Shown here one piece after another: positions 24,058 through 34,564 of a DNA stretch of 43,640 nucleotides (position 1 is its first letter; each line of letters opens with the position of its first letter). The DNA comes from a virus. Lineage: Duplodnaviria; Heunggongvirae; Uroviricota; Caudoviricetes. Both the position numbers and the translations under genes were made by a program. The stretch spans positions 1-43,640 of IMG/VR virus record IMGVR_UViG_3300031760_000015. One strand, written 5' to 3'. Under the pieces are notes generated by a model. The model did not search any database. It saw only the letters and a program-made list of their open reading frames with translations, and was not told the DNA's origin.

Positions 24058-24777
24058 ATGAAGATTGAAAATCTAAAGAAGTCCCTGGCAGCGATGAAGT
24101 GGTACGAATGGCTTATGGCCGCAATTATGATTTTTATTGCGGCACGAGCTATGATTCTTGGATTTATAAATCCAGCAGAAAGTATGAACCCGCCTTGGCT
24201 TACGGTAATTAACTTTATTAGTGCAATTGCTGGTGTATTTTGTGTTTTTCTGTGCGCAAAAGGCTCAATTTCGAATTTCCCATTTGCCTGTGTAAATACT
24301 CTGGTTTACATTATCTATCTTTGGTATTGGAAGATTTATGGCACAATGTGTCTTGAAATTTTCTTCTATGCCCCAATGAATATCATTTCTTGGTGGTATT
24401 GGACGCGCCATAGAGATGAACAGCAGAATGAGCTTACTAAGAGCCGGAAGATGAATTGGTGGCAGAACGCTCTTGTCGCAGGTGTTATTGCCGCAGGCAC
24501 GGTAATTTATCATGCTATTCTAGTTAAAGTTGGCGGTAATGTAGCTTGGCTTGATGCTGCGACACTAGCAATTGGTATTGTAGCTGTTGTTCTTGAACTA
24601 TTCCGTTTCCGCGAGCAGTATGTATGGTGGATTATTACTGATATTGTAGCGGTAGCTATGTATATTCAGCACTTTGATCCCGTTTATCTTACTAAGAAGT
24701 CTATTTACTTAATTATGGCTATCATTGGTCTAATTAACTGGATTAAGCTAAATAAGAGAAATGTAACAAATGAGTAG
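24058..24777 (+). CDS. pnuC: Nicotinamide riboside transporter PnuC
   Basis: Multi-TM protein with LDAAT, EQYVWWIITD motifs. Confidence 0.9.
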   Translation: MKIENLKKSLAAMKWYEWLMAAIMIFIAARAMILGFINPAESMNPPWLTVINFISAIAGVFCVFLCAKGSISNFPFACVNTLVYIIYLWYWKIYGTMCLEIFFYAPMNIISWWYWTRHRDEQQNELTKSRKMNWWQNALVAGVIAAGTVIYHAILVKVGGNVAWLDAATLAIGIVAVVLELFRFREQYVWWIITDIVAVAMYIQHFDPVYLTKKSIYLIMAIIGLINWIKLNKRNVTNE

Positions 24778-24857
24778 GAGAAATCCTACTCTTTTTTATT
24801 TGACTTTTCGCGCGAGTTCTGATATAATTGTTATAGTAAGAAAAGGAGTAAATAATT

Positions 24858-25313
24858 ATGAGATGTGAATATTATAAACTTAATGGCCCAAATAGCTCTC
24901 CTATCTGTTTTGGAACGAAAGAGTGTGAGCCATGTTCATGTAATGGAGATAAAAGTAAGTGTAATTTTAATTATTTTCTAAAAGAACAAAGTGAATTTAG
25001 AACTCTTTTAGAAAATTATAATAAGCTTAATACTCAATGTATTATGGCAAAAATTAAATTAGAAGAAGCAACAAAAGAACATAGAAGAATAAATAATGAA
25101 TATGTAAAAGCTAGTCAAGCTATTAAAGATTTTAAAGAAAAAATTGATTATGATAAACTTAGAAAAGCAGTTATTAATTCTATTTTTAATTCTGTTCCAT
25201 CTCTTTTGTTTGATTTAATTAGTGATAAGATTTATGAATTATGCAAAGATGAAATTTTTAATTTAGCACTTCAAATGGAAATAGATTGTTCTGATTTTAT
25301 TAAAGGAGAATAA
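24858..25313 (+). CDS. Hypothetical protein (Cys-rich N-terminus, coiled coil)
   Basis: Promoter and AAGGAG RBS. Confidence 0.7.
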   Translation: MRCEYYKLNGPNSSPICFGTKECEPCSCNGDKSKCNFNYFLKEQSEFRTLLENYNKLNTQCIMAKIKLEEATKEHRRINNEYVKASQAIKDFKEKIDYDKLRKAVINSIFNSVPSLLFDLISDKIYELCKDEIFNLALQMEIDCSDFIKGE

Positions 25314-25460
25314 ATATATGATTATAGAAGGAATTATTTGTTTTCTTATAATAGGAATAGGTATTTTAGACATTATTACTGGAGAAGGTATGAAAGGATT
25401 TTCCGAAATTGGTATAGCAGTTTTTGTTTTTGTTTTTTCTATAATGAGGTATTTTTATAT

Positions 25461-25616
25461 ATGATAGCGAAATTAATTCATAAAAATGATTACTACTATT
25501 GTAGTGAATGTCGTATGAAGCAAGAATTACAACCTTATTGTGATTTTTGCGGAGCAGATTTTACCAATTATGAAGAAGAATTAATTAAAACTTTTAAAGA
25601 AAATGAGGATAATTAA
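25461..25616 (+). CDS. Zinc-ribbon protein
   Basis: CSEC...CDFCG; GAGG RBS before ATG 25461. Confidence 0.65.
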   Translation: MIAKLIHKNDYYYCSECRMKQELQPYCDFCGADFTNYEEELIKTFKENEDN

Positions 25617-25989
25617 GATGGAAAAAATGTATCAAGGGATTATTTGGACAGTTAAACATTGCGGACATTCGCGCGAGGCTATTATAGATTTTTTACATAA
25701 GTATACTTCTACTCCAAAAGAATACTATACTAATGGTATTATTGATCGGATTATGGAACAAACTATATTAGAAGCTGTCCGCTATAATTTAAATCCTGTT
25801 TCTATTCTTTTTGAATATTTTAGCTGGATGAGAGACCCTTGGAATTATTCTCATTTTGAAGCAATGTGTGCGGCCTTAGGCAGCATACAAGTTCGTGAAA
25901 AAAATAAAGATACAGATAATTACTGTTATATTAATGGTTTTACTTCTATTATGGATGAATTTGAAGGAGAAAATTATGAGTTTATTTAA
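25603..25989 (+). CDS. Hypothetical protein
   Basis: Operonic ORF. Confidence 0.7.
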   Translation: MRIIKMEKMYQGIIWTVKHCGHSREAIIDFLHKYTSTPKEYYTNGIIDRIMEQTILEAVRYNLNPVSILFEYFSWMRDPWNYSHFEAMCAALGSIQVREKNKDTDNYCYINGFTSIMDEFEGENYEFI

Positions 25990-26191
25990 AAAGAAAAATA
26001 ACATACCCGCACTTTTTATTTTACTTGATGATGAAGTAGAGCGTGCGAAAGAAAAAGAAAAACGTTATTTTTTTTATTCATTATATGATAATGAAAAAGA
26101 CTTAGCTCAAAAATGGTGTAAAAAAAATAATGTTTATATGGAAGTAGACCATCAGACTGATGGAAATATTATCTATAAATTTAAATTTTAA
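25976..26191 (+). CDS. Hypothetical protein
   Basis: AAGGAG RBS before ATG 25976. Confidence 0.7.
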   Translation: MSLFKKKNNIPALFILLDDEVERAKEKEKRYFFYSLYDNEKDLAQKWCKKNNVYMEVDHQTDGNIIYKFKF

Positions 26192-26427
26192 TGAATCAAA
26201 CCGTTTTTATTTTAGATTTATATGATAAATTTTCTCCTGATAAAATAATTTCTAAATTTAGAATAAATGACCGATGGTGGGCAATAAAAGAAGTACCTTT
26301 AGAATGGGGTAAACCTAAATTATCCAAAATTGAAGAAGATTCTGTGCCATATCGTCTTTATGAAACTAAAGAAGAAGCACAAGATTTTATAAGAAAAATC
26401 AAACATTCAGAAGGAGTGAATTTATGA
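26191..26427 (+). CDS. Hypothetical protein
   Basis: TAATG coupling. Confidence 0.7.
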   Translation: MNQTVFILDLYDKFSPDKIISKFRINDRWWAIKEVPLEWGKPKLSKIEEDSVPYRLYETKEEAQDFIRKIKHSEGVNL

Positions 26428-26960
26428 ATTTAAATGTATTTGAATGGCCTTATACTACTCATTATTATTTAACACATCCTTGGAAATGGTTTTCTCAATT
26501 ATGGAGAAATATAAAAGCAGCTTATCATCGAATACGATATGGTTGGTGCTCTCGGGATGTTTGGGATTGGGATTCTTGGTTTTGTTCTGTAACACCGTTG
26601 ATGCTTCGACATATGGCAGATTATGGTAGTGCTTATCCAGGTGGAGAACCATTTGAAACCCCTGAAAAATGGCATGATTGGCTATATAAAATGGCTAATA
26701 CAATTGAACGATTACAATATGATAATTGGATGGAAGATTGTAACGAATATAGTAAAGATTATGAAAAAACTTTTGAAGATGATCTTTATGAAGAAGAGCA
26801 TCCAAATGGACCATTTTTGACAACTTCTGGTTCTTCAACTAAAAAAGAAATAAGAGAACAATATTATAAACGATGCGAAGAAATTCATAAAACGCGCGAA
26901 CAAGTTTTAAAAAATTTTGGCGAAGAATTTTTTAAATATTTTGATTGTTTATGGGATTAA
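26424..26960 (+). CDS. Conserved phage hypothetical protein (Trp-rich)
   Basis: RYGW...DVWDWD...F..LW pattern; terminator 26961-26988. Confidence 0.75.
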   Translation: MNLNVFEWPYTTHYYLTHPWKWFSQLWRNIKAAYHRIRYGWCSRDVWDWDSWFCSVTPLMLRHMADYGSAYPGGEPFETPEKWHDWLYKMANTIERLQYDNWMEDCNEYSKDYEKTFEDDLYEEEHPNGPFLTTSGSSTKKEIREQYYKRCEEIHKTREQVLKNFGEEFFKYFDCLWD

Positions 26961-27063
26961 GAAGAAGAAAATAATCTTCTTCTTTTTTGTTATAAAATAT
27001 TAAAATTATTTTAAAGTATTAATACTTATTTTAAGAAGAATATCCTTATAAAGGAGGGATAAT

Positions 27064-27327
27064 ATGTTACCAATTTTAATTCAAACTTCTGAAGAATTAA
27101 CAAATAATATTAAATTAGTTCAAGGTATAACTTCTTTATTTTGGATTATTGAATATAGTCCTGAAGAATTAGGTTATAATAAAAAAGATAATAATTATTC
27201 TTCAGATTTAAACAGATATTCATTTTTAAGAACAGAATGCCTTAAAAATCCAACTACCTATCAAAAAAGATTAGACCAACATAAATACAGAATTTGGACT
27301 GTCGTCCCACAAGATTATGAATGGTAA
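27064..27327 (+). CDS. Hypothetical protein
   Basis: AAAGGAGG RBS. Confidence 0.7.
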   Translation: MLPILIQTSEELTNNIKLVQGITSLFWIIEYSPEELGYNKKDNNYSSDLNRYSFLRTECLKNPTTYQKRLDQHKYRIWTVVPQDYEW

Positions 27328-27355
27328 GAATTTTCTTTACTTTGTATAAGGAGGG

Positions 27356-30300
27356 ATGATAATGGATAATGAAACTAATGATTTAATGAATCAAGATGGA
27401 TATAATGTCAATATTAATTCTGAAAATTCTGAGCAAAGTTATTTTACTGCTACTACTAGTAATGGTAATTTACGTTATGTTCCTAAAAAATGGGAAAGCA
27501 ATGAATTGATAGAAACTATTGAAATGAATAATATTGAACAAGGTGTCCAAATTGCTTTAGCTCAAACTGATACAATACAACAAACTGCTAATCAAGCAGT
27601 AGAAAATGTGCGCTCACAGATACAAACTTTTAATACAAGAGCTAATGAAATAGAAAATGAATTAAACTTAGCAAAAAGTAGCATTGAAAATGATGTAAAT
27701 TCTAAATTAGATGCTCAAAACACTAATCTTCTGAATGCTTTAACTAAATTATTAGGCTCTTATTATACTTTAGGAACAATTACTGATAATTTAGATTCAA
27801 ATAAATCTACAGTTGATGCACGTATTACTCTATTATATGATGAAATATTTGGAGAAGGTTCTAATGGAAGTACTTCTTCCAATTCTTTAAATGACCGTCT
27901 GAAGACATTAACAGATAATGTTTCCGATTTAACAACTACTTGGTCGAATAATTATACTAATATTGATACTAGAATTACTGATATTGATACTAGAATTACT
28001 AAAATTTATAATGATATTTTTGGAAATAATAGCTCTGGCTCTAATAAAACTATTATTGAGCAAATAGCAGATTTAAATACTGCGATTTTTGGGTCTAGCG
28101 ATGGAGAAGATTCAAGTGGCTCACTCATTGATAAAATTGTCGCAGTATTAGGACGAGGACTCCCTGACGCAGAAGATATTCCAGAATCAGGTGTTTTAGA
28201 GGATTCTTTAACTTCTAAAATTGATACTTTAAATGATTTAATTTCTAATATTTTAGAAACTTTAGGAATGTCTGAAGAATCTACAAATGATTATACTTTT
28301 TCTGATGTATTAACTGATTTATATGGAGCATTAATTCAAAAAGAAGACGGCACTTATTCGCGCGATGAACATCCATTAATAGAAACTTTAATAAATGTTC
28401 CAGGAGAAATTTATACTTTAAATACTAAAGTTACTTCTGTTGAAAAAGCAAACGAAGAACTTTCAGGACGTATTACTACTGTAGAAGGGTGGAAAAACAC
28501 TATTGATGATGTTTATACAGACGCAGATATTATTGATCATCTAGAAGATGATGAAAATACTTATTTACGTTTAAAACGTAAAGAAACCGAAAAACCAAAA
28601 AATATTGAGGAAATGAGAGCGGATATTGAAAATACTTATATAACATTACCTAAAGGTGGTGGAGGTGGAGGAGCTACTGCTAGTGGTACTGCTAGTATAA
28701 TTCGTATTACTGAAGCTTCTATACAAATTTTAACTGGGAAACCTTGTTTTATAGAATATAAATTAGATGCAAGAGATTCCAGTGGAGAATTAGTTGGAGG
28801 TGGTACTGCAACATGGTTCGTAGGAGGAGTTCAGGTTGCGACAAGTATTGCGAAAAATATAAAGTCTGATACTGACACTACTACTGTTAATAATGATTTT
28901 GATATATCGCCTTATCTATCTGTTGGAACAAATAATATTATTTTACAAGTTTCTGTAAGTACTGGTGGAGAATATAATATTATTGTAAGAAAAACTTGGA
29001 CGATTAATGTTGTTAATTTTTCTTTTATTTGGGATTATAATGAAGAAACTATTTTTAATACTGGAGTAATTACTTTAGAATGGATTCCTTATGGTGCCAA
29101 TCTTAATAAAACTACACATATTTATATTGATAGAGGAACAGATCACGAAATCTATTTAACAAGAACAACATTACAATCTGGTATTACACAAACATATACT
29201 TTTGAACATAATCTATCTCACGGAATTCATATTTGTGAAATATTTTTAACTGCAGTTATTGATGGCAAAAATGAAACTACTGATTCTCAGTTCCATGACA
29301 TAATAATATTAGAGCCTTCAAATATAACTCCTATTATTTCTAGTTCGCCTTTAATTGAAATTATGAAAAAAGATCAAGAAGGTAATTTTATTAAAGATGA
29401 AGATGGTATTTTCATTCAAGAAATGGAACAATATGATACAGTTGCTCTTCCAATTGTTATTTATACTCCAAATTCTACTTTAACTAATAATATTATTCTA
29501 AAAGTAAATGGAGAAATTGTTGATACTTGGAATAATATTAATAGAACAGTTCAATATTGGAATTATTCTCCTACAACAACTGGAGAAAAAATTTTAACAA
29601 TTTCTGTTGATTCTGCAGTAAAAAAAATTCATATTTCTGTTAAAAGTGTTGAAATAGAAAATGAAGAAGTTAGTGATTATAATTTTAAAATTAAAGCAAG
29701 CGATATTATCAGTAATACAGACTTACAAAATATACAAATTGAAGGCCAGCCTTTAATATTTTCTTCTAATTTTGACTGGGTAAATGGTGGTTTAAAAACT
29801 GAACGAGACTTTAATAATAATATCCAACAATATATTTGCGTTAAAGCCGGGACTACTTTAACAATTCCTTATCAGTTATTTAAAAATAATAACCCAGCAT
29901 TAACATCTACCGGTTTTAATTTTAAAATTATTTTTAAAATTACTAATTGTTCTGATTATAATGCAGAATTTTTAGATTGTTTTTTAAATAACATTGGTAT
30001 TAAAATGTTCGCGCATGAAGCATATTTATCATCAAATACTTTTTACACTGCTGATGCACGTTTAACCACTCAATATAGCGAAGATTCTTATATTGAATTA
30101 GAATTTGATATCTATCCTCAAAATACAGATGATGAAGGGAAAACAATTACTTTTTCTTTTGCAGATTGTTGGGTAGATGGAATTTTAAGTAGTATTAAAT
30201 TATATGATGCATCTACTAGTTTTGACCAATCAGGAACATTAGAAAACCCATACAAGAATATTGTTATTGGTTCAGAAAATTGTGATGTATATTTATATTT

Positions 30301-33300
30301 AATTAAATCTTACAACAAAAGATTAAGTTTTAATGATCATATTGCGAATTTTATTGCTGACGCACCTAATGCTACTCAAATGAAGGCTCGTTATAATAGA
30401 AATGATATATTAGATAATGATGAAATTAATTATGAAAGATTAATTGAAAAAAATGGTGATTGTCGTGTTTGGTTATATGAAATTCCTTATATGACAATCG
30501 GAAAAAAAGATAAAGTATTAAATTGCACTTTCCAACAAAAATGGGGAAATGGTAATAGCTATTTTAACGATTTGCGAGGAAAAGGTACTATGACTGTACA
30601 AGGTACTAGTTCAGTAAAATATATTAAAGGAGCAGCAAACACAGATATTAATTTTACAGAATTAGTTGATGGTAATGGTAATAATTTAATGGTAAATGGC
30701 ACAGAAGATGAAACTTATGGAAATAACTGGTATGTAGCAGACCCAGACAATCCAGGCCATGCTAAAATTTATACTGTCCAAGAAGGAGAACAATTAGGAC
30801 CAGAATGTATTGCTGTTGCGCGCGATTCAAATAATCAAGTAACTCAATATATTAAAGCTTTAGGTTATAAAATTAGTGAAAATTCTTCTCCTATTACTTA
30901 TTCAAATACTAAAGTTAATTTTGCCTCTTGTGAACAAGTAAATAATATGTGCAACGCCGCTTGGTATCAAAAATTTAATCCTTATCCAAGCCTTACCCCA
31001 AGAGATTGTATGGAATTCTCTATAGGAGTGCAGTTTATTAAAGACTTAGGAGTCCAATTACCCGACGCAGATCACTTTAGATTATTCCCAAATGATAATA
31101 AATTCCATTTTTATTCTATTGCTAATATGGGTAATAGTAAGAAAAACGTTCATGTATTCCATGATTTAAGTAATCCAAATGAAGTTTGTATTGAAGTTAA
31201 TGATAATGATAAAGATCAAATGGTTATGGTAAATGATGATTTAAGTGTAGAAGATTGGTCTGGAGATGTCTATTTTAGTATGAGATATCCAGATACTAAA
31301 AATCCATCCCAAGAAATTAGAAATGCTTGGCAGCGTTTAGTAAGTTGGATGGCGGCAAATAATCCTAACGCAGCAACTAATAATCCTTTAGGAAAAACAG
31401 TTCATTTTGATCCATATACTTTTAAAGGACACAATCGTGCGGGCGCTCAAGTATTAAAAGGGACAACAGTTAATCAATATGCAGGCGATTATACAACTGA
31501 TAGCTTTGAATATAGAATGGCTAAAATGCTATCTGAATGCGAAGATTATATGGTAATGGATTCTTTTGTTTATCATTTTCTTTATTTAGAGCGTCACACA
31601 ATGGTAGATAATGTTAGTAAAAACAACTTCTGGTCTTCTACTGACTTAATTCATTGGGATTTATCAAAAGCTTATGATATGGATACTTCAGATGGTAATA
31701 ATAATCAAGGAGCTTTTGAATTTGACTATGGTAATGAATATAATGATGATCGTACTGGTGGCGGTGGTAAAGTATTTAATGGAGCAAGATCAGTATGGTT
31801 TGTATTTATTGCCAATTTAAAGGAAGCTTGCAGCACAATGTTTACAAATAGAGAAGCGTTAGGTGCCTGGTCTTCTATTGCTTATCAAAATTTCTTAAAT
31901 ACCGAACAGCAAAAAATTCCAGAAAGAATTTGGAATGCTTGTTATAAATATGATTATATTAGAACATATCCAGAAAATGACTGGATTAATTTCTTAGCGG
32001 GAGGTAAAAAGACCCATCAACGTAAGCATTATGAATATTTTGAAGAACTATATGATTCTTCTAAATATAGGGGCACTGTATCTACTTCTCAATCTGTTAA
32101 TTTCCGTGCATATACACCAACTCAATGGGCAGGAGTACCACCAAAGAAAGAAGTTACAATTACTATGTATAATAAAATGTATATTTCAATTGATGATGGT
32201 ACCACGCAACTTGCTACAATAAAAGCAGAACGTGGCGTACCAGTTACAATTGATTTCTCAGGCAGTAGTGAAACAGGAAATACTTTAATCGCTTTAAATA
32301 CTGCTTCTATGCTTCAATCTATTAGTGGTTTGGAACAATTATATAGTGATACTTGCAATTTCTCAGCAGCAATTAGATTAAAAGAATTAACTATTGGTTC
32401 TTTAGCTCCTGGTTATCAAAACGCATTATTTAATACATTATCTTTATCTAATAATGTTTTACTAGAACGTTTGTATGTTCAAAATTTAACTAATGCTAAT
32501 TTTTCATTAGATTTAAGTCATTGTCCTGCTTTAAAGTATTTAGACGCACGCGGTTCTGGATTTACAGGATATATTTTTGCTGATAGCGGAAAATTAGAAG
32601 AAGCTTATTTAAATGCTCCTTCTACTATTATGATGAATAATTTAAAATATATTACAGATGAAAATTTTCATATTATTAGCGATAAAAATTTACAGTATAT
32701 CACAATTAATAATTGCCCTCAAATTGATAGTTTTAATCGTTCTTTAATACTTAATAATTTACTAAAACTAGAATTATTAAATGTAAATTGGCGGGTTCAA
32801 GGCATTGATTTTAATACTTTCGTATCACATATTAAAACTATTCCTAATTATTTAATTACTGGTAAAGTAGAATTAACTCCTGAAATGGGAACTTTCAGCG
32901 TTGGCAAATTAGGAGATACTTTTACTAAAGATTTAAAATTTTATAATTATGATACAAATATAGAATTTTGGTCTGCGGAAAAAAATTATTTAAAAGATAA
33001 TAAAGTTCAGTATAATGAAAATATTTGGATTTCTAAAGGAGATAATAATATTGGTAATGAACCTGTAGAGAATAGTGATTATTGGACATTAGTAGGCCCA
33101 ATGGCTCAACCTTATTATACAGTATCTTTTTATGGATTATACCACGAATGGATAAGAAATCAATATATTGCCTCTGGCAATAATTTTATTCCTGATAATT
33201 TTTCAGATAAGTTTACAGAAACTTATATTAATGATTATAATATTCATAGAAATCCAAATTGGGTAAATGGCGCAGATTCTCGTAGAAGCTTTCAATCTTG

Positions 33301-34564
33301 GGATAAAGATTATTTAATACCTGTAACTAGTGATTTAGATGTTTTCGCGCAAGAAGGATGGGAATATAAATTAAATTATATTATGCATACCGAAGACCCA
33401 AATGTATTTATTACAAATGTTTTTCGTTATTATGCTGCAGGTTCACCAATTGAGAAAATGCTTACTAGTGAAATTCCAACATTTGTTCGTGATTATTATT
33501 TATATTCTGGTAATGGATGGACTAAAACAAATAATACTAATCAAGATCCTACTGCTTCACAAATATTAGTTCCAAGGGTTGCGATTAAAGAAGAAGGGCC
33601 AGAGACTTGGTATGCTGTTTATACTAAACAACCGAATAGTTATACAGTATCTGTATATAATACAGATATTTATGGAAAAAAACAAGGAGAACCGTTAATT
33701 ACTTTATCTAAAAAAGTATATTCAGATAATCAAGACGAAACTAGAGTTTTATTAAGTGAGCTTAATTCTTATAGACCTGGTTTAGGAAATTCTGCAAAAG
33801 ATAAAGCTATTTATATAGATGGCACTATGTATATAAATGATTTAAACCAGACAGATGAATCAAAACGTTTATATAGATTTTTGACTTGGCAGCCATATGT
33901 TCCAAATAATTTTATTGGTTTACCAGTAACTGGAGATATGGATATTTTAGCAAAATATTATAAAACAGACGATATATTTACAAATTATTTCTTAAATAAA
34001 ATTACTACTTGTACTTTAGATGATTCTATTACAAAATTGCCCGATGGAGCATTTTTACATAATTCTAATTTGCAAAAAATTACTACTAAAGCTCAACATC
34101 TTGGTAAAGGATGTTTTAGTTATTTTGCAAAAATTAATAATAATGAAAGCAGAAGAATATTTATTTTTACAGCTACAAATATTAATATTGGTGATTATTG
34201 TTTTTATAATTTAAGCGATAGTTTAATTATTTTTACTGGAACTGGAAGTATTTCAGTAGGAATTCAGGCTTTTTATGAATTAAAAAGATGTATTATTATA
34301 ATTTTAAATTCTAATGAACCTATTCATTCATCTTCTGTTTATACTAGTAATAATTTTCAAAATTTTTATACCATTTCAGAAAATCAAAATTATTTATATG
34401 TTACTCCAGAAGCTTATCAAAGATATATAAATAATGACATTAATGATAAAATACCATTTAATCTAAATGGTACAGAAGGTCCTCGAAATTTAATTCTTGA
34501 AATTAATAAAACTAATCCTACATTCCAAAATTTATTACAGGAGGCGGGAATAAATGATTATTAA
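27356..34564 (+). CDS. Giant 2402-aa probable virion/tail-fibre adhesin: N-terminal coiled coil, beta-rich domains, CotH-like segment, LRRs
   Basis: Heptad-like N-terminus, GGGGG linker, VDN..KN..YDMD CotH-like motif, LRR stretch (LERLYVQN, LKYLDARG), CBM-like W...Y...V.Y...W repeat, BspA-type LRR at the C-terminus. Confidence 0.65.
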   Translation: MIMDNETNDLMNQDGYNVNINSENSEQSYFTATTSNGNLRYVPKKWESNELIETIEMNNIEQGVQIALAQTDTIQQTANQAVENVRSQIQTFNTRANEIENELNLAKSSIENDVNSKLDAQNTNLLNALTKLLGSYYTLGTITDNLDSNKSTVDARITLLYDEIFGEGSNGSTSSNSLNDRLKTLTDNVSDLTTTWSNNYTNIDTRITDIDTRITKIYNDIFGNNSSGSNKTIIEQIADLNTAIFGSSDGEDSSGSLIDKIVAVLGRGLPDAEDIPESGVLEDSLTSKIDTLNDLISNILETLGMSEESTNDYTFSDVLTDLYGALIQKEDGTYSRDEHPLIETLINVPGEIYTLNTKVTSVEKANEELSGRITTVEGWKNTIDDVYTDADIIDHLEDDENTYLRLKRKETEKPKNIEEMRADIENTYITLPKGGGGGGATASGTASIIRITEASIQILTGKPCFIEYKLDARDSSGELVGGGTATWFVGGVQVATSIAKNIKSDTDTTTVNNDFDISPYLSVGTNNIILQVSVSTGGEYNIIVRKTWTINVVNFSFIWDYNEETIFNTGVITLEWIPYGANLNKTTHIYIDRGTDHEIYLTRTTLQSGITQTYTFEHNLSHGIHICEIFLTAVIDGKNETTDSQFHDIIILEPSNITPIISSSPLIEIMKKDQEGNFIKDEDGIFIQEMEQYDTVALPIVIYTPNSTLTNNIILKVNGEIVDTWNNINRTVQYWNYSPTTTGEKILTISVDSAVKKIHISVKSVEIENEEVSDYNFKIKASDIISNTDLQNIQIEGQPLIFSSNFDWVNGGLKTERDFNNNIQQYICVKAGTTLTIPYQLFKNNNPALTSTGFNFKIIFKITNCSDYNAEFLDCFLNNIGIKMFAHEAYLSSNTFYTADARLTTQYSEDSYIELEFDIYPQNTDDEGKTITFSFADCWVDGILSSIKLYDASTSFDQSGTLENPYKNIVIGSENCDVYLYLIKSYNKRLSFNDHIANFIADAPNATQMKARYNRNDILDNDEINYERLIEKNGDCRVWLYEIPYMTIGKKDKVLNCTFQQKWGNGNSYFNDLRGKGTMTVQGTSSVKYIKGAANTDINFTELVDGNGNNLMVNGTEDETYGNNWYVADPDNPGHAKIYTVQEGEQLGPECIAVARDSNNQVTQYIKALGYKISENSSPITYSNTKVNFASCEQVNNMCNAAWYQKFNPYPSLTPRDCMEFSIGVQFIKDLGVQLPDADHFRLFPNDNKFHFYSIANMGNSKKNVHVFHDLSNPNEVCIEVNDNDKDQMVMVNDDLSVEDWSGDVYFSMRYPDTKNPSQEIRNAWQRLVSWMAANNPNAATNNPLGKTVHFDPYTFKGHNRAGAQVLKGTTVNQYAGDYTTDSFEYRMAKMLSECEDYMVMDSFVYHFLYLERHTMVDNVSKNNFWSSTDLIHWDLSKAYDMDTSDGNNNQGAFEFDYGNEYNDDRTGGGGKVFNGARSVWFVFIANLKEACSTMFTNREALGAWSSIAYQNFLNTEQQKIPERIWNACYKYDYIRTYPENDWINFLAGGKKTHQRKHYEYFEELYDSSKYRGTVSTSQSVNFRAYTPTQWAGVPPKKEVTITMYNKMYISIDDGTTQLATIKAERGVPVTIDFSGSSETGNTLIALNTASMLQSISGLEQLYSDTCNFSAAIRLKELTIGSLAPGYQNALFNTLSLSNNVLLERLYVQNLTNANFSLDLSHCPALKYLDARGSGFTGYIFADSGKLEEAYLNAPSTIMMNNLKYITDENFHIISDKNLQYITINNCPQIDSFNRSLILNNLLKLELLNVNWRVQGIDFNTFVSHIKTIPNYLITGKVELTPEMGTFSVGKLGDTFTKDLKFYNYDTNIEFWSAEKNYLKDNKVQYNENIWISKGDNNIGNEPVENSDYWTLVGPMAQPYYTVSFYGLYHEWIRNQYIASGNNFIPDNFSDKFTETYINDYNIHRNPNWVNGADSRRSFQSWDKDYLIPVTSDLDVFAQEGWEYKLNYIMHTEDPNVFITNVFRYYAAGSPIEKMLTSEIPTFVRDYYLYSGNGWTKTNNTNQDPTASQILVPRVAIKEEGPETWYAVYTKQPNSYTVSVYNTDIYGKKQGEPLITLSKKVYSDNQDETRVLLSELNSYRPGLGNSAKDKAIYIDGTMYINDLNQTDESKRLYRFLTWQPYVPNNFIGLPVTGDMDILAKYYKTDDIFTNYFLNKITTCTLDDSITKLPDGAFLHNSNLQKITTKAQHLGKGCFSYFAKINNNESRRIFIFTATNINIGDYCFYNLSDSLIIFTGTGSISVGIQAFYELKRCIIIILNSNEPIHSSSVYTSNNFQNFYTISENQNYLYVTPEAYQRYINNDINDKIPFNLNGTEGPRNLILEINKTNPTFQNLLQEAGINDY

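Noticed and set aside
27960-28001. 21-bp tandem duplication (IDTRITD/IDTRITK)
   Set aside because: Ordinary heptad duplication in a coiled coil.
27356-34564. Stop-codon reassignment (alternative genetic code)
   Set aside because: A 2402-aa ORF and dense gene packing are obtained with the standard code, and TAA, TAG and TGA all end genes next to terminators.
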